Shown: positions 54,431 to 64,000 of the stretch, piece by piece
Layout of the letters: every line of letters starts with the position of its first letter
Position numbering within the stretch: position 1 is the first letter of the stretch
Assembly (NCBI GenBank): GCA_964016885.1
Contig: OZ024742.1
Span: 212,040,001-212,104,000, forward strand
Reading direction: 5' to 3'
Source: Eledone cirrhosa
Lineage: Eukaryota
DNA length: 64,000 bases
The notes under the pieces: model-generated
The model's input: only the letters and a program-made list of their open reading frames with translations
Told to the model about the DNA's origin: nothing
The model's database searches: none
Made by a program: the position numbers and the translations under genes

Positions 54431-54606
54431 TATATGAGATATAAGAATCAAAGAACTGTTCAAAACATTATTGTGCTTACAGCTGTTTCCTCCAAACCGA
54501 GGTTTGGATTCTTCGGAGCAATTTATTAATGCATGGACAGTTTGGAGGAAACAGCTGTAAGCACAATAATGTTTTGAACAGTTCTTTGATTCTTATATCT
54601 CATATA
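54431..54606. repeat. Inverted repeat with arms of about 67 bp (Penelope-type inverted terminal repeat)
   Basis: TATATGAGATATAAG...TTTCCTCCAAAC and its exact reverse complement GTTTGGAGGAAA...CTTATATCTCATATA. Confidence 0.9.
54474..54520 (-). ncRNA. Minimal hammerhead ribozyme (U4C variant)
   Basis: UGCU CCGAAGA A UCCAAAC CUCG GUUUGGA G GAAAC AGCU GUA AGCA. Confidence 0.65.
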
Positions 54607-54767
54607 ACTGCTCTGTAAATCATCTGATGTTTTTACATTGAGCTACTTAACTTACTGGTAATAAGGTAGTAATACATTACTGCCTACCACTATTTAGGGT
54701 GTGTGTAAAATACTTACAACTGCTTAAGGTTTTGTGTTTACATAACCATAAATAGTATAACTAATAC

Positions 54768-54803
<36 letters not shown>

Positions 54804-54824
54804 CATATATATACATATATATAC

Positions 54825-55011
<187 letters not shown>

Positions 55012-55012
55012 C

Positions 55013-55075
<63 letters not shown>

Positions 55076-55094
55076 CATATATATACATATATAC

Positions 55095-55129
<35 letters not shown>

Positions 55130-55151
55130 CATATATACATATAGTATATAG

Positions 55152-56228
55152 TAGTGGGGTCCCACAAGGCACTGTGTTGGGCCCACTTCTCTTCATCATC
55201 TATATTAATGACATCACTGACATCATCAAACACAGCAACATTAAAATTTTCGCTGATGATTCCAAGCTCCAAAAGGTCATCAATGGCGTGGATGACCGGA
55301 TAAGCCTTCAGTCAGACCTACTGGCTGTTACCCAATGGGCGGAAAAGAACAACATGTTACTGAACGAAGACAAATTCGAACTGATCCACTTTGGAAAAGA
55401 GGATGCTCTGAAACTCCCGTACTCCCTTCCCTCCGGGGAAACTCTCGTGGCATCTAACAACATCAGAGACTTGGGAGTAACCGTGGACAGCAACATAAGC
55501 TGGACCACGCATATAAGCAGCAAAGTTGACATGGCCCGCAGAATGTGTTCTTGGATCCTCAGAACCTTCCAGTCGAGAGATTCCCACACCATTATCCTTC
55601 TCTTCTCTACTTTCGCCCGACCACACCTTGAATACTGTTGTCCACTGTGGTCTCCCCACACGAAACAAAGTATCATGAAACTGGAAGCTCCTCAAAGGGC
55701 AATCACGAAAAAGATAGATGGCATGTCAGACCTTGACTACTGGGGTCGATTAGAAAACCTGAAACTTTACTCACTCCAACGTCGCCGTGAGCGTTATATT
55801 ATCTGCATGATGTGGAAAATGTTCCATCATCACTGCCCAAATGATGTTGGCATCGCCTTCAAGATACACCCAAGGCTTAGGCCCCGTGCTATCCGTCCCA
55901 TTCAAAAATCTAAATCGCAACTCATAACAACAATACGGCACAATTATTTCACCTCAATCGGCCCTGCTCTCTTCAACATCACACCAGGACACGTCAAAAC
56001 AGAAACTGACCACTCAAAATTCAAGAAGTCTTTGGACAAATTCCTCCAAGGAATCCCGGACAAACCACCCACACCCGGATATGTCTCCGCAAACAGTAAT
56101 TCTCTTCTCGAATGGGCCATGGTGCCCAAATCCTGAATTGAAAGACTTCGCCAGGTGGTGCTATTAAGTTAGACATGGCCTGGGCCAATACTGGCCAAAA
56201 CATTTCAAAGTTATTCAAAGTTAAAGTT
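55152..56228 (+). mobile_element. 5'-truncated CR1-type LINE (second family), open to 56136
   Basis: [25 protein letters not shown] and [14 protein letters not shown] motifs; (TTCAAAG/AAAGTT) tail; TA-flanked. Confidence 0.93.
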
Positions 56229-56524
56229 ATATATATATATATGTATATATATAAATATATATATGTATGTATATATGTATATATATACATATATATATAT
56301 ATATATACATATATATATACATATATACATATATATACATATATATATAAATATATATATGTATGTATATATGTATATATATACATATATATATATACAT
56401 ATATATATACATATATACATATATATACATATATATATAAATATATATATGTATGTATATATGTATATATATACATATATATATATATATATACATATAT
56501 ATATACATATATACATATATATAC

Positions 56525-56601
<77 letters not shown>

Positions 56602-56622
56602 CACATATATATATATATATAC

Positions 56623-56693
<71 letters not shown>

Positions 56694-56744
56694 TACATAT
56701 ATATACATACATATATATACATATATATATATACATATATATAC

Positions 56745-56793
<49 letters not shown>

Positions 56794-56798
56794 CATAC

Positions 56799-56829
<31 letters not shown>

Positions 56830-57007
56830 CATACATATATATATATACATACATATATATATATACATATATATATATACATACATATATATATATACAT
56901 ACATATATATATATATACATACATATATATATATACATACATATATATACATATATATATATACATATATATATATACATATACATATACATATATACAT
57001 ATATACA

Positions 57008-57048
<41 letters not shown>

Positions 57049-57154
57049 ACATATATATATATACATATATATACATACATATATATATATACATATATAT
57101 ACATACATATATATATATACATATATATATATACATATATATATATATACATAT

Positions 57155-57189
<35 letters not shown>

Positions 57190-57208
57190 CATACATACAT
57201 ACATATAC

Positions 57209-57277
<69 letters not shown>

Positions 57278-57405
57278 TATGTGTATATATATATATATAT
57301 ATGTGTGTATATATATATATGTATATATATATGTATATATATATGTATATATATATATATATATGTGTGTATATATATATATGTATATATATATGTATAT
57401 ATATG

Positions 57406-57436
<31 letters not shown>

Positions 57437-57481
57437 GTATATGTATATATATATATATGTATATATATGTATATGTATATG

Positions 57482-57534
<53 letters not shown>

Positions 57535-57567
57535 GTATATGTATATATATATATACATATATATATG

Positions 57568-57598
<31 letters not shown>

Positions 57599-57618
57599 GT
57601 ATATGTATATACATATAC

Positions 57619-57649
<31 letters not shown>

Positions 57650-57770
57650 CATATATATATACATATACATATATATATACATATACATATATATACATAT
57701 ATATATATATATATACATATATATACATATATATATACATATATATACATATATATACATATATATATAC

Positions 57771-57803
<33 letters not shown>

Positions 57804-57860
57804 CATATATATACATATATATATATATACATATATATACATATATATATATATATATAC

Positions 57861-57891
<31 letters not shown>

Positions 57892-57902
57892 CATATATAT
57901 AC

Positions 57903-57936
<34 letters not shown>

Positions 57937-58010
57937 ACATATATATACATATACATATATATACATATATATACATATACATATACATATATATATACAT
58001 ATATATATAT

Positions 58011-58053
<43 letters not shown>

Positions 58054-58068
58054 TATATATATATATAT
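56229..58068. repeat. 1.8-kb degenerate (TA)n array
   Basis: Read directly; contains blocks of C-type and G-type variants. Confidence 0.97.
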
Positions 58069-58230
58069 TGTTATACTTTGGGAGGGTCATGTTGCCAATA
58101 AGAAACACACGCACCAGTTGCTTTCACTTCAATTTATTATATATTTATAAATTTATAAATTTACAAATTTACAAACTTATAAATTTCTGGTTGGTTGGTT
58201 GGTTCCACAACCAGATAGTTGTTTATATAT

Positions 58231-58275
58231 AGTCATAGTCCTTTCGTCACACACTCTGTGACCTCTTCAGTGACT
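58231..58275 (-). ncRNA. Minimal hammerhead ribozyme
   Basis: AGUCA CUGAAGA G GUCAC AGAGUGU GUGAC GAAAG GA CUA UGACU: perfect 5-bp stems I and II. Confidence 0.7.
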
Positions 58276-58452
58276 GGGGATTCCTTTCTTCGTTTCTGTG
58301 CCTTTCCTTTCTTCTATCCTACGCCATTTGAAACAAAATGGTGTAGCATAGAAGAAAGGAAAGGCACATGATATGTTGAATTAAAACTGATATGTTGATT
58401 TAAAACTGCACTATCCACAAGTGTTCTTTAGCCTTCATATCATGTTCTCCTG

Positions 58453-58519
58453 TTTTATCTGATGAAAACACAAATATTATTGCATGATGATGTTTGTTTT
58501 TGAAATGCGCATAATAAAA
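58453..58519 (+). ncRNA. Type I hammerhead ribozyme
   Basis: UUUUAU CUGAUGA AAAC...GUUUUU GAAA UGCGCA UA AUAAAA: 6-bp stem I and palindromic stem III AUGCGCAU. Confidence 0.72.
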
Positions 58520-58589
58520 TACATGGAACTCCTTTAACCATCTTTTGATCTTATATTATATATACATATATATACATATATATATATAT

Positions 58590-58628
<39 letters not shown>

Positions 58629-58647
58629 TATATACATATATATATAT

Positions 58648-58682
<35 letters not shown>

Positions 58683-58743
58683 AATATATATATATACATA
58701 TATATATACACACATATATATATACATATATATATATATATAC

Positions 58744-58788
<45 letters not shown>

Positions 58789-58846
58789 TATACACATATA
58801 TATACACATATATATATACATATATATATACATATATATATACATG

Positions 58847-58882
<36 letters not shown>

Positions 58883-58884
58883 CT

Positions 58885-61800
58885 CGAGAATGCGAGCACT
58901 CCTCATTGTTTCGACCGCGGACGGCTAACATAACCCCATCGCCCCCCGCCCCCCACCGCCCCCAACCCCCAAACGCAATCCAAAACTTCAGAGTTGGTAC
59001 CATAAATGTAGGCACCCTAAAGGGTCGCGCTAACGAGGTTGTAGAAATGCTTGAACGTAAGGAGGTCGATGTTTGTTGTATTCAAGAGACCAGGTGGAGG
59101 GGTGGGTCTGCTAGGTTCATTGAGGGTAAAAAACGATGTTATAAGCTTTTCTGGGTGGGAAACGACGATGGGCTGGGTGGAGTAGGAATCATGGTAGCAG
59201 AAAAGTGGGCAGATAAGATAATAGACGTAAATAGAGTGAACGACAGAATAATTAAAATACGACTTGTCCTCAATAGAACTACGGTGACAGTAATATCTGC
59301 GTACGCACCCCAATCCGGACTGCCCGGCACTATAAAAGACAGATTCTATGAGACACTGATGCTAACTACCTCCCAAATATCCGACAGTGACTATGTAATT
59401 ATCGCAGGCGACCTAAATGGTCACGTTGGACAACATTGTGACGGCTACGACGAAATCCATGGAGGCTATGGGTTTGGTACTAGAAATGAGGAAGGCTCCA
59501 GAATCCTGGAATTCTGTGATGCAAATAACCTAACTATCTGTAACACTAACTTCAAAAAACGTGACAATCACTTGATCACCTATAGATCCGGGGAACACAC
59601 AAGCCAGGTAGATTATATCCTTACCAGAAGACGTGACAGAGTGTCTGTTGTAAACACTAAATCCCTCCCCCATGAAGAATGCACCTCCCAACATAGACTG
59701 ATAATTAGCGACCTCATAGTCAGGACGAGACGTACTCGACAACAGAAGAGGACTATCCTCAGGAGGAAAATATGGAAGCTAAAGGACCCCACAGCCAGGA
59801 ATAAATTTCAAAGCATATTACTTGATGCTTTCGACAGTAAGGAAGAACATTTAGAGTCGGACAATATAGAGGGAGAGTGGGAATTTCTGAAAGCAAACCT
59901 GCTGTTGGCGACAGACGAAGTCTGTGGCTGGAGCAGGCCTGTAGGCAGGAGGAGAGTAACATGGTGGTGGAACAGTAAGGTGGAGGGTCAATTAAGGCCA
60001 AAAAGCAGGCTTGGAAAGTATGGCGGGATGGGGGAAGTAGAGAGGACTATCAAGTGGCCAGGAGGGAAGCTAGGAGACAAGTGTACTTAGCAAGAAGGGA
60101 AGCTGAGGAAAGAAAGTTCAAGCATGTTCTACAACGCGATGACCAAAAACGTGAGGTGTTCAGGATTGCTAGGCAATGCGTCAAGGAAAACCGTGATATT
60201 GTCGGGGAGAAGTGTGTACTAAACGACGATGGCACACTTGCCATCACCGACGCTGATAAGAAGGTAGCTTGGAAGTGTCACTATGAAAGGCTACTAAATG
60301 AGGAGAATAATTGGGAGAAAGGCAGTCTCCCCCATATCGACCCAATAGAGGGACCAGCAGTGTTAGTCGAGGGGAGTATAATAAGTAAGGCAATCAAGGA
60401 TATGAAGACGGGTAAGGCGGCTGGGCCTTCGGAAATAGTTGCTGAGATGCTGAAGGCATCTGGCACGGTGGGACACACCATGGTCACCCGCATAGTTAAC
60501 CAAGTCGTACAGAATGGGGTTGTTCCGAAGGACTGGCATAGCAGCATCATCATTAACTGTTATAAGGGTAAAGGAGACGCCCTAGATAGGAGTAACTATA
60601 GAGGCATTAAATTAATCGACCAGGTCATGAAGGTCACGGAAAAAGTAATAGCGCAACTAATCAGAGAGAGAATTGACCTAGATGAAATGCAGTTCGGGTT
60701 TGTGTCAGGCAAAAGTACCACAGACGCTCTTTTCATAGTACGACAACTACAGGAGAAGTACCTAGCTAAAGGTAAACCCCTCTACTTAGCTTTTGTCGAC
60801 TTGGAGAAAGCCTTCGACAGAGTCCCCCGCTCCATTATCTGGTGGGCTCTTAGAAAACTAGGCGTTGACGAATGGCTTGTGAGGGCTATACAAGCCATGT
60901 ATAAAGAAACAGTCAGCAAGGTTAGAATTAACAACGAATATAGTGAAGAGTTTAGCGTAAAAGTTGGCGTCCATCAGGGCTCTGTTCTCAGCCCACTACT
61001 ATTTATTATTGCTCTTCAGGCTATAACAGAGGAGTTCAAGACAGGCTGCCCATGGGAACTCCTATACGCAGACGACCTGACACTCATAGCGGAATCAATG
61101 GCCGAGCTAGAGAAGAAATTCCAAACATGGAAGCACGGCCTAGAGTCAAAAGGACTTAAAATTAACCTGGCTAAGACCAAAGTACTAGTTTGTAGGAAAG
61201 AAAACAAGGCGGCGGTCCCTTCTGGGAAATGGTCGTGCTCGGTGTGTAGGAAAGGCGTAGGTAGAAACTCCATTTTATGTCCTAAATGCAAAGTATGGGT
61301 GCATAAAAGATGTAGTGGGATCACAGGTAAGCTAACTAAGAACATAGATTTTGCATGTGGCCGGTGCTCTGGTGCAATAAGTAGCAGCAAGTGCCCACAA
61401 GCTACTAGCTCTTTCAATTGCGCAGAGGGTTCTATGGAAATAGTGGACAGCTTCCGTTACCTGGGCGATAAAATCAGCAGTGGGGGAGGGTGCTCTGAAA
61501 GTACTGTAGCTAGAGTCAGAACTGGTTGGAAAAAGTTCAGAGAGCTTATACCACTATTAGCTGCTAAAGGGTTCTCACTAAAAATGAAAGGCAGGTTGTA
61601 CGATGCCTGCATACGAACAGCAATGCTGCATGGCAGTGAGACCTGGGCATTGTGTGCAGAGGATATACGCAGACTAGAGAGGAACGAAGCTTGCATGCTC
61701 CGCTGGATGTGTAACAGTAATATACGTGAACGGCAAAGCATAAACGAACTAAGGAAAAAATTAGAGATAAGAGGGATCAGATGTTGTTTACTCGAGAGAA

Positions 61801-62426
61801 GGCTACGTTGGTATGGACACGTGATGCGCATGAAAGTCGATAGCTGTATAACAAAGTGCAGGGCAATAAAGATAGACGGTAGTCACGGAATAGGCAGACC
61901 TAGAAAAACCTGGGACGAGCTGATAAACTCCGACATCACACACTTACACCTCTCCAAGACAATGTCACTGGACCGAGACCTTTGGCGGTACTCAGTAACA
62001 GAGAAGACCCGCCTTACCTAAATATATAGTAAAACCTACTCCAGCCAGTAGGCATCCCTAACAAAATACACCCCGTCCCACCACCCCCACCCCTACCCCA
62101 TCCACACCACCCCGTTCTATGTAAAGTTATGTTGGTGCCGCGCCATCGAGGCCGAAACAAATGAGATCGTGTAGGTGTCACGACAAAAAAACACACAATC
62201 CACGCTGTAATGTGGCCGTGTAGGCAACACGGTAAAAACCTCCCAGACCCACACTGTAAATGTGGTTGGTGTTAGGAAGGGCATCCAACTGTAGAAAACC
62301 TGCCAGACAGTCCTATGCGAGCAAGACAATCACTCTTGCCTCAAGTGGGACTACCCCCGTCCAAACCCATGCAAGCGTGGAACACGGACGTTAAACGTTG
62401 ATGATGATGATGATGATGATGATGAT
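58885..62426 (+). mobile_element. Near full-length young RTE LINE with a single 1-bp deletion near 59985
   Basis: Almost identical to 45414-48946. GAGGGGTCA is read as GAGGGTCA, splitting the ORF into 394 + 655 aa pieces. Confidence 0.97.
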
Positions 62427-62456
62427 ACATATATATATATACATATATATATACAT

Positions 62457-64000
62457 AGTGGGGTTGCTCTGTATATCCGTGAAGATGTCACACCAATTGT
62501 ACTGTTGACACATTCAAACTCAGTCTGTGACACACTGATAATACATATGAAGCAACTACAGACAGTAATATGTGTCACATATCGGCCGCCCGATGCCCCC
62601 AGTCATGAGGGTAAATTTGAGGATAGCCTAAGTAGGATAGAATAGGTCCTTGACAAACTGGACCAGAGTCTCAACATTCTACTGCTGGGAGACTTCAACC
62701 TACCAAAGGTCAAATGGCCTGAGGGCTACCTCCTCCCTGGAATGACGTCAATAGAACAGAGACAGACGGAATCCCTGCTGGCCCTCATACACAGGCTGTT
62801 CATGGAGCAAGCAATACTCCTTCCAACAAGAGGCGAAAATGTCCTGGACCTCTGTTTTACAAACAACGAAGTGCTCATCCACAATGTAAAGGTGACACCA
62901 ACAATTCTCTCGGATCATAACTTAGTAGAGCTAATGATATGTGGTCCAAGAGAACCAACAGAGACAAAACCACCAAGAAGCTCCGGGACGCTATCCAGCC
63001 TTAACTTCTACAAGGCTAACTGGAAAAAGATTAAGAGTGAAATCCGGAAGCAAACATGGAGTGAAAACACTGCCACACAAGACACTAACACACAATTTCA
63101 ACACTTCATGACAACGATACACACTATATGCAAAAAGTTTGTCCCGGAGAAAGAGGCAAACAGACACAAAAATCTTATTCCCAGAGATAGGAAAATCCTT
63201 ATGAGACGTAGAACTAAACTCTCAAACCAGTTGAATAGTCAACTAAACAAAAAGAAGGAATCCTATTTGAAACATGCACTACTTGACACCGAAATTGCAC
63301 TCAAACTTTCCCATGAGAATGAGAGGGCAAAGAAAGAGAACAGGGCCATAGAAAACATTAAAACAAACCCCAAGGCCTTCTTTAAATTTGCAAAAGAAAC
63401 TGCCTCAGTACACTGCAAGATTGGGCCACTCTTCCACACGGACAGTTCATTAACCGAAAACCCCCAAGAGATATGTGAAATACTGAACGAACAGTACAAA
63501 AGTGTGTTCACATGTCCACTGAGGCACATGCAAATAACGAAGCCAGAGGAGTTCTTTGATGCCACAACACTACATGAAGAAATGGCAACCATCAACCACA
63601 AACACATAACGGAGGAGGATGTGGTGTACGCCATTGATGAAATTAGAACAGACTCGGCTGCTGGACCTGATGGATTCCCAGAAGTTCTCTTAAAAATATG
63701 TAAGCGGGCCTTAGCAACTCCACTGAAGATGCTCTTCAGAAGCTTCTTGGCTAGCGGTGTACTACCCAGGGAGTTGAAAGAAGGCACAATATGCCCTATC
63801 CATAAAGGAGGTAGTAGAGCGGAGGCCAAGAACTATGGGCCAGTCTCCTTGACGTCGCATATCAGTAAGGTCATGGAGCGAGTCGTCAGAAAGAAACTAA
63901 TTACTTTCCTCGAGGAAAATGACCGCCTGATTAGCACGCAACATGGCTTCCGCCCAGGAAGAAGCTGCCTTACACAGCTGCTACATCACTACGACTGGGT
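62457..64000 (+). mobile_element. CR1-type LINE ORF2 (APE to start of RT), 5'-truncated, runs off the window
   Basis: GVALYI, YRPP, LLGDFNLP, LDLCFTN, SDH, AAGPDG, NYGPVSLTS and QHGFRPGRSC motifs; in-frame TAG at 62643-62645. Confidence 0.92.

Noticed and set aside
59975-60060. Possible programmed frameshift or two-ORF RTE
   Set aside because: It is a single G missing from a G-run relative to the intact copy, so a mutation or sequencing error.

Overview
AT-rich animal genomic DNA. An octopus-like cephalopod source is inferred from the repeat families, not proven. The minus strand carries four spliced coding exons of a RAPGEF1/C3G-like gene (33317-33489, 22048-22195, 16673-16767, 2478-2663) whose phases join into one open frame. 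Everything else appears to be intronic. The first 33 kb hold older repeats: mariner and hATm-like transposase pseudogenes, two non-autonomous Helitrons, MITEs/foldbacks, tRNA-derived SINEs, and RTE and CR1 LINE fragments. From about 34 kb onward is a nest of young retroelements separated by kb-long degenerate (TA)n arrays. It includes one intact 1056-aa RTE LINE with a PHD finger inside its RT, near-identical sister copies, CR1 copies and a Penelope-like GIY-YIG fragment. The least obvious signal is at least nine type I hammerhead ribozyme motifs. These include a retrozyme-like tandem repeat with a 443-nt unit whose stem I covaries with a third copy at 7.5 kb, and a U3-A8 core variant. All RNA structures were folded by eye and none is shown to be active.
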